64,000 nucleotides of DNA, taken from NCBI RefSeq assembly GCF_006345805.1, contig NC_043009.1, forward strand, positions 65,968,001 to 66,032,000, written 5' to 3'. The translations under genes were made by a program, and so were the position numbers. This DNA comes from Octopus sinensis. Its lineage: Eukaryota. Under the pieces are notes generated by a model. It was not told where the DNA came from, made no database searches, and was given only the letters and a program-made list of their open reading frames with translations. Shown piece after piece: positions 50,776 to 62,843 of the stretch; within the stretch, counting starts at the first letter, position 1, and each line of letters opens with the position of its first letter.

Positions 50776-51899
50776 GATGGAAAAGATGTCTTTTAGCCAT
50801 AGACTGACCACAGGACAGTGGATACGAAGTCATCGAGAATAAGCCTTTTAGAGACATGGATTATTTATTACGGATAAATGATTAAATAACAGGGAAGCCA
50901 TGAGGGGGGCGAGTGGACATGGTAAGAATGAAAATGATGATGATGGTAATGACAATGATGATGATAGTGGTAGTGGTGGTTGTGGTAGTGATGACAATGA
51001 TGATTGTGGTGGTGGTGGTGGTGGTGGGGTGATAATGACAATGATGGTGGTGTTGATGATGGTGATAATGATGATGATGGAGATGTTAATGAAGATAAAC
51101 AGCACCATTTATAATGAGGACAATGGTAACGGTGTTCATAGCCAAAGTGATGACAAAGACAAAATCGATGACACTGTTCTTAACACTGATGACGGGAATA
51201 GTGATATTGGTTTTGTTTCAGACGCAAAAGTACGAAACACTAAATAGAAACATAGAAAGGAACCAAAGAATAAAGAAGAAAAAAAACTGAAGAGAAGAGT
51301 GGGATGGGCATGGGTGGAGCGATGTGAGGGCGAGAAATGAAACTAATTATGTGCGTTAAATTAGGACAACATTTAGTTAAGGAATCATAAAAAAAATAAA
51401 TAATAAACGACAACAACAAGAAAAAAACTGCAAAAATTTAAAACAAAGAATTATGGAAACTTTGAAATTGTAATATTATGGAAAACACACCCATAACACA
51501 TATAAAAGGGGCCGCACCCACTTTGCTCAGAAGAAAAAGATAGCTTTAACACAAAGAATTTACTACTACTGCTGCTACTGCTGCTGCTGCTACTGTTCAT
51601 GTTGTGGCTATGACCTGAATGAAAATTAAGACAATAACGACATCGAATGAAAATTGTTGTTGTCGTTGTTGTTGTTGTTGTGCAGGTGATGTTGGTGATG
51701 TTGGTGGCACATGACTGAAATATGGGTCATTATCTTTAACGATGATTATATTGAAATGTTGGTGGACGACATCACTTCATACAGCGTGGAATGTTCCAGT
51801 TCCAAACCTGAAGAATAACTCTCACCGTTTCCAGAAGAGAAGAAGAAAAGGGCTCTGGGAGCTGTGCTGCGTTCAAAACTGTGTCACTCTTTGAATGTG

Positions 51900-52215
51900 T
51901 GCGATTGATTGTGATTGTGTGTGTGTGTGTGTGTGATTGTGATTGTGTGTGTGTGTGAGTGCGATTGTGTGTGTGTGCACAATTGTGATTGTGTGTGCGA
52001 TTGTGTGTGTGTGAGAGAGAGAAAGAGAAAGAGAGAGAGAGAGAAAGAAAGAGAAAAGAGAGAGAGAAAGAGAGAGAGAGAGAAAGAGAGAGAGAGAAAG
52101 AAAGAGAAAGAGAGAGAGAGAGAGAGAAAGAGAAAGGGAGAGAAAGAGAGAGATAGAGAGAAAGAAAGAGAGAGAAAGAAAGAGAGAGAGAGAAAGAAAG
52201 AGAAAGAGAGAGAGG
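51900..52215. repeat. (GT/GATTGT)n followed by (GA/GAAA)n
   Basis: Directly visible. Confidence 0.92.
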
Positions 52216-52344
52216 ATGTATGTGTTGTATATACAAGCAGTAACATCCCACTTTTTCTGCTCCCCTATTAAACACCGATCCATTACAGTGCTGCCACCCA
52301 GTGACATTTTCTGTAAGGTAGCACTCTATAATTATAATAACTGG

Positions 52345-52640
52345 CCCCTGTCAGGTATGACAGCAAGTTTTCCAGTTCATCCAATCAACGGAATATCCTG
52401 CTCATGAAATTAACAATCAAATGGCTGAGTACTCCACAGACATACGACATACCCTTAACATAGTTCTCAAAGAAATTCAGCGTGACACAGAATGTGACAA
52501 GATTTGCCCCTTTTGAATTACAGGTACTACTCATTTTTGCCGGCTGAGTGCACTGGAGCAATGTGGAATAAAGTGTCTTGCTCAAGGACACAATGCATCA
52601 CTGGGAATTGAACTCACTACCTTACGATCGTGAGCCGAAT
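52345..52640 (-). mobile_element. tRNA-derived SINE family D, older copy
   Basis: Aligns along its length with 59114-59438. Confidence 0.82.
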
Positions 52641-53202
52641 CCCCCTAACCACTTAGCCATTCACTGGGATGATCAGGACCAGAATGGATCTGATCAAAGT
52701 CTGCTTAGTCAGGGCTGACCAAGGGCTAAATGACAGCAATAGCATAAGAATAATAAACAGTTTAAATTAACTAAAACAACCCCCAAAACAATTAAATATC
52801 ACCAAAAGTGGTGTTGTGGGGGGTGGGGCAATGATGCATAATCGAATTTAGCAAACAGGATCAGCTGACATGAAAATATTGAGCACCAAACAAACCATTT
52901 CCACTTTGGGAACTCTGCCAGAAGTCTAATAGTTAAGTCAATACAATACAGTTTATCTTGCCTCATATAATTACCTGTTCCAGTTCGTTAAACATTCTAA
53001 TGAATGTTAAATGTTGCATTTTTACTAATTATTTCAGGACTCAAAATAGGAGAACATCAGAAAAAAAATGATAAGTATTATTTGTTGTGGTTCTGGAAAT
53101 TTTGAATTTAAATCCAGACAAGGTCAACTTCAGCTTTCAAACTTCCAGGGTCAGCAAAAGAAAGAACCAGTCAAGTACTTGAATCAACATAATCCACTTG
53201 TT

Positions 53203-53880
53203 AAGGCAGAGAGCTGGCAGAATTGTTAGCACACTCAGCAAAATGTTTAGCAGTATTTCATTCTGCTTGCAAAGACCAGTTGAGGCAAGTGAAATCAAAG
53301 TCGAAATCAAACTCGGTGACTGGCATCCGTTGGTAGTGGAGCACTAAGAGTACCATACAAGTGAGATCGTTGCCAGAGCAACAAACTGGCCTTCATGCCA
53401 ATGGCACGTTAAACACACCATTTGAACCTGATCGTTACCACGTCGCCTTACTAACACTTGTGCTGGTGGCATGTGAAACATTCGAGTGAGGTCATCGCCA
53501 GTGCCACATAAAAAGCACCATTTGGGCATGGCTGTTGCCAGTTCCACCTAACTGGCCCTCGTGCCGGTGTCACGTAAAAGCACCCACTCAGAGTGGTTGG
53601 CATTAGGAAGGGCATCCAGCTGTAGAAACTCTTCCAGATCAGATTGGAGTCTGGTTCGTCAGACCTCAGTCAAATCGTCCAACCCATGCTAGCATGGAAA
53701 GCAGATGTTAAATGATGATGATTCATTAGTCTTCACGTTCTGAGTTCAAATTCAGCTGAGCTTGACTTTGCCTTTCATCCTTTAGGATCAATAAAATAAA
53801 TACCAGTCATATACCGGGATCGATGTAATCAACTTGTCACTCTTCCCAAATTTCAGGTCTTGTACCTAAAGTAGAAAGGG
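53203..53880 (+). mobile_element. Family C SINE split by a family A RTE 3' end (53263-53721)
   Basis: C head ends TTCATT at 53257-53262; the C body resumes after TTCATT at 53722-53727 (6-bp TSD). Confidence 0.85.
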
Positions 53881-54673
53881 ATACAATCCACTTGTGGCCC
53901 TCACACCAAAATTTCTGGTCTTTCTCCAATGTTAGAAAAAATTATCATAGGATAGATAATTGCCAAAACCATTAGAAGAGAGGACAAGATTTTCGAAGTC
54001 ATCATTATTCTTAGAGATTAAAATCTTGGATTTGATTGGTCTTTCATTCATACAGAGTCTCAATAAAATAATAGCTAATTACTAAGATTAAATTAATTAC
54101 CTAGAATCAACCATTACAGGATTGACCAGACAATCAGATATTATTATACATCACTGGTCCCAATGCATTTTGGATCATTTCAGCTCTTGAATGATGCCAC
54201 CCTGCTGACCAGGCAAGCAGGCCAACATTACCCTCAACCAGAGGCTATGCTGTCACAGAGTTGCCCATTTAAAGCAGAGTGGAACGGAACAACATGAAAT
54301 GAAGTGCTTTGCTCAAAAACACAATGCGCTGCCTGGTCCAGGAACTGAACCCAAGATCTAACGATTATGAGTTCAATGTCCTAACCACTATACCACATGC
54401 CTTCACATAATCGATTATATCTACACCAAATCCATAGACAACCAACAACACTGGACTACTTCTTTATTTTATCAAAGGTAAAATTAAGCTTGATGAGATG
54501 TGAACCTAGAACATAAAGAATTCTAACTAAAACCACAATAATCACAACACTAAAACCAGTGCTTCTCGGCCTTTATAATTCCAGGGTCAGTTTCCTAACC
54601 ATGGATTTTGTTTTTAGGGCACAGCACGAAAAGAAATAAAATGCAAGTCAAAATAAAGAAAAATTCATTTTTA

Positions 54674-55040
54674 GGCGCAGGAGTGGCTGCGTGGTAAGTA
54701 GCTTGCTTACCAACCACATGGTTCCGGGTTCAGTCCCACTGCGTGGCACCTTGGGCAATTGCCTTCTACTATAGCCTCGGGCTGACTAAAGCCTTGAGAG
54801 TGGATTTGGTAGACGGAAACTGAAAGAAGCCTGTCGTATATGTGTGTGTGTGTGTGTGTATGTCTGTGTGTGTGTGTCTGTTTGTTCCCCCAACATCGCT
54901 TGACAACCAATGCTGGTGTGTTCACGCCCTCGTAACTTAGCGCTTCAGCAAAAGAGACTGATAGAATAAGTACTAGGCTTACAAAGAATAAGCTCGATAT
55001 GCTTGACTAAAGGTGGTGCTCCAGCATGGCTGCAGTCAAA
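54674..55040 (+). mobile_element. Family B SINE, full length, near consensus
   Basis: GGCGCAGGAGTGGCTGCGTGGTAAG head, GGTTCAGTCCC B box, complete 3' end. Confidence 0.92.
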
Positions 55041-55631
55041 TGACTGAAACAAATAAACGAATATTTATAGAGGCAAGGCTATCAGGGACCACCAGAAAAA
55101 TACTTGAGGGTCACAGGCAACCTTGAGAGCTGTGGTTGAGAACCTCTGAGCCAAACTTTTAAGGGGACAAAGGGACACAGCCAATGATGTCGGTTCTAGA
55201 AACTATAGATGGATACTTGGAAGCAGGAGATAATGTTACATGATTTATCCTCTCTTCATTCAGTGAACTACAGAGAGATTTGATGAAAACCTTGTTATTA
55301 TTTCTAGCAGAATTACCAGCCACAAAGCGACCCCATTGTTTGCTGTTATCACCATTGACCATTGTATATCTACAAAACTGGATCTGAGGTAGATTAGATG
55401 TTATTTCTAGCAGATTCAGTAGCCGAGTAGAGACTCCCTGATTGAGTCATTCTTTGTTTTATTGTCTGGATATATATATATGGTCTAGGAACTAAATTAG
55501 ATGGTAAACCTCTTTGATTTTTAATCCTTTTGGGAATTTATCCCTAATTAGTGGTTTGAGTTTTCTACTGCTCTTTCTAGCACAAGGCTTTCCTATTTGG
55601 AAGCCTCTTAATGTGTCTTAATGTACACGAT

Positions 55632-55685
<54 letters not shown>

Positions 55686-55755
55686 TAGATATATAGATAT
55701 ATATATACATACATACATACTTACATACATACATACATACATACATATATGTATA

Positions 55756-55787
<32 letters not shown>

Positions 55788-56329
55788 GTTCCTGAAAGGA
55801 AATTTCTAGAAAATTCTAATTTCATCTCTCCATCAAAGAAAGGTCAAGAACAAACAGTTTGGCTTTTAATGGAGCAAAACCAAAGAGAAGACATTCACCA
55901 GCTCATGGCATCAGTCTAGACAAAAAGCACTTTTTTATTATTTATTTATTTATTCACATTATTTTTATTTACTTTTATTCTTTATTCTTAATTCTTCTGA
56001 TCTGACGAAACGAAACCATAAGTTCTATCCAGTAACCATGGATAAATAATCCATTGGATTCTTCCAGCAATAAAAGACTACTTTTACTAAGGTCAAACGA
56101 TTTAATCTATATTTGAAGAATGGAACTTTGAGCGCAAAAAAAATAAAAAACATACAGAAAGGAAAATTGGAATTCAATTTTCGGTTTGTTTTGGAAGAGT
56201 TGGGGAAGCAAGGATTTTCAATTTGTTTGAATTTGTGTTAGTCTGAATTACCAAATATATGTGCATGTATGTGTGTGAGTGTGTGTGTGTGTGTGTGTGC
56301 ACATTCTTTAAATAAAGGAATCAAATATT

Positions 56330-56622
56330 GGTTTCAAATTTTGGTGCAAGGCAAGCAATTTTGGGGAAGGGGTGAAATTAATTACATCAATCCCAGTGCT
56401 CAACTGGTCCTTATTTTATTTATTTCATTATTGCCCATAAGGGGCTAAACATAGAGGGGACAAACAAGGACAGACAAAGGGATTAAGTCAATTACATCGA
56501 CCCCAGGGCATAACTGGTACTTGATTTATCGACCTCGAAAGGATGAAAGGCAAAGTTGACCTCAGAATATACCGCTCAGCATATTGCCCAGCATGCTGAC
56601 ATTTCTGTCAGCTTGCTGCCTT
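56330..56622 (-). mobile_element. Two adjacent family C SINE pieces with different 3' tails
   Basis: Shared ATTACATC.A.CCCAG..C..AACTGGT.CTT block; tails differ (CCCCAAAATTGC vs GTCCTTGTTTGTCCCCTCTATG types). Confidence 0.7.
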
Positions 56623-56675
56623 AGCAGAATCACATCGTCATCATGGCAGTGGTGGTGACGATGATGATAGCATTC

Positions 56676-58308
56676 AGTGATGACATCAGGATGGAATTTG
56701 GTCTTGATAAATGTGCCAAGGCCACTTTCCAGAAAGAGAAACTGAAGACCTCACATTCAGTGGTGTTGCATGTTGCTACAGTCATAAAAGAACTTGAGCA
56801 GGAACAAACTTAAAAATACCTCGGAATAAATGAGGGTTCTGGCACTCAGCATGCAAGAAGGAAAGAGAAAATCAGGAAGGAGTGTTACGGGAGAGTTGAA
56901 GCAGTCCTAAAATCTGAGTTAAATGCAAGTAACAAGGTGTTAGCTACAAATTCCTTAGCAGTTCCTGTTGTTATTTACAGTTTCAATGTTTTGAACTGGA
57001 ATATGAGTGAAATAAGGAAGATTGACAGGAAAATCCATGAGCTGCTGACTTGCAATAAGGTGCACCAACCAAAGGCAGACGCAGATTGTCTTTACCTAGC
57101 CAGAGCTCAAGGAGGTTGAGGCTTGATCCAATTTGAAATCTCCTACAAAACCACCACAACTGAATATGTCTTGAAACATCTAACGACTGGATGCTAAAGC
57201 TCATTGAAAACCATGACAGACGTAAGAAGCTTCATTCTGTTATGAAGGAGAGCAAAAATATTTTCAAGTAAGTTTATGCATAATACCCAGGTTGAACAGC
57301 ATGAGGGAAATGCAGCAACTGTAGCTGCAAACAAGGTGAAATCAATTGCAAAGCAAAATGCGCTTGAACAATTGGCTGATAGGTGGGAACAAAAACCTCT
57401 GCATGGCAAATAGGTGGCTATGGAGCTCAGGGTTTTATCTTGGCTGCCCAAGATCAGAGTTTATTGACCTGGAATGATCAAGCCATTGTGATGAAATATG
57501 GTACAGCCACAAAGTGCCAATACTTCAACAATAGGATAGAAACAGTCAACCACCTAATTTATGGGTGTAAGGTTTTAGCACCTGTAGAGTACAAATCAAG
57601 ACATGGGAGAGTTGGCCAAAATTGCATAATGTGTCGGTATTATAAAATCAAAACTGATGACAAATGGTACAAGCACCACTCTTAGGCTGTAAGTGAGGGA
57701 GAAAATGTAAATATTCTTTGGGACTTCCCAGTATGTACAGAGTGGACCATCAAGGCAAATAAACCAGATATTGTTGTGAAAGACCAAAATAATAAAATCC
57801 GTTTATTGATTGACATGAGCAAACCCTGGGACCATAATATCTCAGCAAAAGAATTTGATAATCTCAAAAAATATAAAGATTTGCTATTCGAAATTGAAAA
57901 GATGTGGCATCTCAAGACGGTTACAATACCAGTGATTGTGGGAGCATTTGGAATGATCAAAACAGGAAAATTATTTAAGAATGATCCCTGGCTTACCATT
58001 CATGCAGGAAGTGCAAAAGATTGTCTTAACTGATACGTCACACGGACTGAGAAGAGCATTGTCGATGTGAGTTTTCTTTCCTTTTTCTCCCTTTATTTTA
58101 TTTGTTTACTTTTCTATTATTTAAAAATCTTTCCGTCTTCATCTTTTTCTTTGTCACATGGCTCTGTAAATGAACGACCTGGTATGTTTGTTTTAATGGC
58201 CTACCATTGTATACAGTACATTTCTTTGCCCTAGGTGTCACGAAGACACTCAGCAAGAAATGGAAACAGAACTGAAAGAAGATGCTAATGAAAATGATAA
58301 TAATAATA
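56676..58308 (+). mobile_element. R4/Dong-like non-LTR retrotransposon, 5'-truncated (RT end, zinc knuckle, restriction-like endonuclease, (TAA)n tail)
   Basis: FSDDIRMEFGLDKCA, KYLGI, LYLAR.QGG, ETVNHLIYGCKVLAPVEYKSRH, ILWDFP..KPDIVV..LLIDM..P.D, KYKDL..EIEKMW and IPVIVGAFG; stops and frameshifts; ends ATGATAATAATAATA. Confidence 0.92.
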
Positions 58309-58314
58309 CGAATG

Positions 58315-58490
58315 ATTTCAAATTTTTGCCACAAGGGCATCTTGCAGAAAGGGATTAAGGCGATTACATCAACCCCAGTGTTCATCTGGTACTTATTTAA
58401 TCGACCCCGAAAGGATGAAAGGCAAAGTCGACCTCAGCAGAATTTAAACTCAGAACGCAGTGATGGGCGAAATACTGCTAAGCATCTCAT
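58315..58490 (-). mobile_element. Family C SINE
   Basis: GAAAGGATGAAAGGCAAAGTCGACCTC..GAATTTAAACTCAGAACG. Confidence 0.8.
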
Positions 58491-59113
58491 CCAGCACAAT
58501 TTTCTCATTGAGCCCCATATAAAGGTGATTTTTGGTGGTAACTCGAGAATGTTGAGGCAGTCACTTGACATCCTGATTTCAATGGCAGTTAGAAGACACG
58601 GATTTTATCATCATGAATACAGCACAATTTTTTCCAGTTGTGATGGGCCAGTCACAGATTTATACCAGTTAGATTGCTGTAGATCCCTTGTAGTATGTTT
58701 CTGCTAATGTGTAATTGTTGCTGTTAGCTCTCATCCAAAGACCAACACAGAAAACACCATATGCAGTAAATAAAGCTTCTGTTAACCATTCAGGAGTGTT
58801 GTTAATCCTTTTTACCTGCATCTCTAGAAGGACATGGCCATTTTCCACCAACATGAAATACACAAATGGCACCTCACAATACCATAAATAACCCTTGCTA
58901 CAATAGGCACAAGGCCTGAAATTTGGGGGGAGGGGTTAAGTCGATTACATCGACCTCAGTGCACAACTGGTACTTATTTTATCAATGAATTTATAAACCT
59001 TTGAAAGAACATGGAATAAATCATTTTGGGAATTGGTTCTCAAAATGCATATAAAACAGTTGTAGCATATCGAAAACTGAATTGCTGGATAGTTGAGTAG
59101 ACATCACGACTAA

Positions 59114-59438
59114 AAAGACTCCGCCGGTTACGACGACGAGGGTCCCAGCTGATACGATCAACGGAACAGCTTGCTCGTGAAATTAACGTGCAAATGGCTG
59201 AGCATTCCACAGACACGTGTACCCTTAACGTAGTTCTCGGGGATAATCAGCGTGACACAGAGAGTGACAAGGCTGACCCTTTGAAATACAAGTACAACTC
59301 ATTTTTGCCAGCTGAGTGGACTGGAGCAACGTGAAATAAAGTGTCTTGCTCAAGGACACAACGCGTCGCCGGGAATCGAACTCACAACCTTACGATCATG
59401 AGCCGAATGCCCTAACCACTAAGCCACGCGCCCTCACA
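59114..59438 (-). mobile_element. Young full-length tRNA-derived SINE (family D) with 13-bp TSD
   Basis: TSD ACATCACGACTAA at 59101-59113 and 59439-59451; A box TGGCTTAGTGG, B box GAGTTCGATTCC, GTGTCCTTGAGCAAGACAC core; CpGs retained. Confidence 0.95.
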
Positions 59439-59509
59439 ACATCACGACTAAGCCACAGCCGTTTCACATGATCAGCCTATTAACCAACCAATCTGCATCA
59501 AATCATTTC

Positions 59510-59547
<38 letters not shown>

Positions 59548-59552
<5 letters not shown>

Positions 59553-59695
59553 CATTGAAAAATACCTTAGGAATGAGAACCCATGTTAGAAATTTCCCCC
59601 AAGACACCTGAAGAAGGCTGGAGGTATATCAGCCAAAATGTTGTGTTAACAACAAACAAGATGAGGACAAATATCCGTCAAACGTAAATAATGTA
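59548..59695 (+). mobile_element. Family J short element with hammerhead-like core, following (AAT)n
   Basis: GACAC CTGAAGA A GGCTG..CAGCC AAAA TG TT GTGTT at 59603-59647; homologous to 7760-8090. Confidence 0.8.
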
Positions 59696-59847
59696 GGAGT
59701 TTTATACCGAAATTTTCCAAAGGAGAACAATAGTAGTAGTTTTCATTTAGAACAATTCTTTAAAATGCTCTTTGAAAATTGAAAAACATAATAAATTATA
59801 AAAAAGGATGAAAGTGAATTAGTTTGTAAGTATAGAGAGATGGCTGT

Positions 59848-60088
59848 TTAACCATTTTGCATTTAGACTACTCTGTCAAATGAAACATTTATTTGTCCAC
59901 ATCATTTTGTATTTGATCATGCATTATCTCTGAGCTTTAAGATTTCAAAACTGAGGCTGTTTATTTCTAGAATGACAATGTAGGGTAGGTTTGAGAGGTT
60001 GGATCTGGCCAGTTTGAACCAAAAAAATAAAAAGCAAAAAACAGATAGAATATTTGGGCTGGATAGGGGTGGTTTGAATGCTGAAGGA
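59848..60088. mobile_element. MITE family F copy
   Basis: Starts TTAACCATTTTGCATT; aligns with 17536-17763. Confidence 0.62.
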
Positions 60089-60840
60089 CCAAAGCAGAAT
60101 AAGACCATTTTCATTATTGAAAGAACTTCAGAACTAACGTTTAGTACAAGGTGCATACTTAACCGTAAGGTAGGCATTAATTAACTGAGAAGTCAGTGAT
60201 ACAACACAGTTTATGATGGTTCCATGGAGAATTCTTTTACTGTCAAGAACTGGCTTAGAGTATCTTATTTTCTAAGATAATAATTTCATTCCATTCAATA
60301 ATGATTTCTATCCCATTCATTGCAGTTGTTTAACCTCCAAATTAGCTCTAATTGAGCAGACGTATAACCAAAGGTGTTTAAACTATAAACATCCTCTCTT
60401 TTCAATTTTTTTTCCTAGGCAATGTACATCCAGGGGTACGTTATCCAATGTGTTTTTTGTTTTTACCTTTCCAAGAGAGGAGAGAATTTGCTGTTATTTC
60501 TAACAAGTCAAATGTCCACTCATTTTTCAGCTGTTTTACAAAGTACAATGATGTTGGTCAGGGTGACGTTTCGTCTCCAAACTATTTGAAAATTTCTTAA
60601 GGATTAAAAGAAGAACAGAAGAAAATGGATCGATTGAAAGATATAAAAGAGGAAAATAAAAACAATCATTTCCTACTCACCAAATAGAAGGAATAAGACC
60701 CAAAGTGGGGTGTTAAGAAGCCAGCATGTTGTGATATCATTTGAAAACCACGCCAACATGATCAGTCATTCACACTGTTTGGCTGGATGCTAAAAGAAAA
60801 ACAGAAAATACATTTCAATGAAGCTGAAAGCAATTAAAGG

Positions 60841-61995
60841 ATATATATATATATATATATTGGTAAAAACAGTAAGATAACAAAAGAAAGAAAGAGACCT
60901 CAATACTATGTAAATAGGGGAAATTTATCTGTAAATGTAATATGTGACAATTATTCTGTAGCCTAGATAAAACTCTGAGTTTCGGATGCCGAGGTGGAAA
61001 TCCACACCACCATCTAACCGAAGAGATGGTGGTGTGGATTTCCACCTCGGCATCCAAAACTCAGAATTTTATCTTGGCTACCGAATAATTGTCACATATT
61101 ATATATATATATCGTCATCATTGTTTAACATCTGTTTTCCATGCTGGCATGGGTTGGATGGTTCGACTGGGGTCTGGGAAGCTGCACCAGGCTTCAGCCT
61201 GATCTGGAGACCCAGGTAGGCATGGAACAAAGTATAAAGGCTGGTCTGAAGATACTTAAACTTAAAAAGAGATGACAAAGGACCGAGATATCAGGTATCT
61301 TTGCTCGACTCAAGATTGGCCACCACAGAAGAATCAATGCCAGTCTTAGTGCCACATAAAAAGCACAGGTACAGCATGGAGAGCAGACATTAAACAATGA
61401 TGATGATGATATATATATATATTATATATATATATATATATATTGGTAAAAACAGTAAGATAACAAAAGAAAGAAAGAGACCTCAATACTATGTAAATAG
61501 GGGAAATTTATCTGTAAATGTAATATGTGACAATTATTCTGTAGCCTAGATAAAACTCTGAGTTTCGGATGCCGAGGTGGAAATCCACACCACCATCTAA
61601 CCGAAGAGATGGTGGTGTGGATTTCCACCTCGGCATCCAAAACTCAGAATTTTATCTTGGCTACCGAATAATTGTCACATATTATATATATATATATCAT
61701 CATCATTGTTTAACATCTGTTTTCCATGCTGGCATGGGTTGGATGGTTCGACTGGGGTCTGGGAAGCTGCACCAGGCTTCAGCCTGATCTGGAGACCCAG
61801 GTAGGCATGGAACAAAGTATAAAGGCTGGTCTGAAGATACTTAAACTTAAAAAGAGATGACAAAGGACCGAGATATCAGGTATCTTTGCTCGACTCAAGA
61901 TTTGGCCACCACAGAAGAATCAATGCCAGTCTTAGTGCCACATAAAAAGCACAGGTACAGCATGGAGAGCAGACATTAAACAATGATGATGATGA
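60841..61995. repeat. Near-identical tandem duplication of an about 582-bp unit (TA tract + foldback element K + family A doublet + GAT tail)
   Basis: TTGGTAAAAACAGTAAG at 60860 and 61442; the copies differ almost only in microsatellite or homopolymer length. Confidence 0.95.
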
Positions 61996-62449
61996 TATAT
62001 TATATATATTAGATGTTGTTTATTTTTATTAAAACTGAAGATGAGAATCTGTCTTGCTTGAAAATCGCAGTGGCATAAAACCCGAGGGATGGGAGACAAA
62101 CTCTCATCTTCAGTTTTAATAGAAAAAAAACTATCCTCTACAACATGTATTGAGCACTCTTTTCTCAATCATCCAAAATTACGCAACATATACATACATA
62201 CATACATACATACATACATACATACATACACACATACATATACTCTCACATGCATTTTAGTTCTTCACAATTGTGTGTGTGTGTTTGTCTCAAGTCTGCA
62301 CAGAAACAGTTTTTTTGCAGCCATGATATCGTTTATATTTCTCATAAAGAAAATGTCTTGTGACAGTTCGGTGTGCAAAGACATAGAATAAAGTATCATG
62401 CTTGACAAGTAGAAGTAAAAATGGTGAGAATCATAAATATACATATTCC

Positions 62450-62625
62450 TTTTTACTTTTACTTATTCAAGTCATTTGACTGCGGCCATGCTGGAGCACC
62501 ACCTTTGGTCGAACACATCGACCCCAGGACTTATTCTTTGTAAGCCAAGAACTTATCTTACCAGTCTCTGTTGCTGAACCGCTAAGTTACAGGGATGTAT
62601 ACACACCAACGCACAAACACATACA
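62450..62625 (-). mobile_element. Family B SINE, 3' half
   Basis: AGTCATTTGACTGCGGCCATGCTGGAGCACC..GACCCCAGGACTTATTCTTTGTAAGCC. Confidence 0.8.
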
Positions 62626-62809
62626 CACACACATTATATATATATATATATATATAATGGTGTCATAATGGTATGAAATGTAATACAGTTAGGTATACAG
62701 AGAAATAATAATTATATATTTAATGGTAGGACTATTTCATTCTAAACTTCATGAATATATTGCTTAGCACGCTAACAATTCTGCCAGCTTGCTGCCTTAA
62801 AAATAATAA

Positions 62810-62843
<34 letters not shown>

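Noticed and set aside
55990-56015. CTGACGA-AAC-GAAAC as a hammerhead
   Set aside because: There is no room for helix II and no closing helix I.
59365-59438. tRNA gene (CAT anticodon-like loop)
   Set aside because: The acceptor stem does not close and the sequence continues into a SINE body bounded by TSDs.
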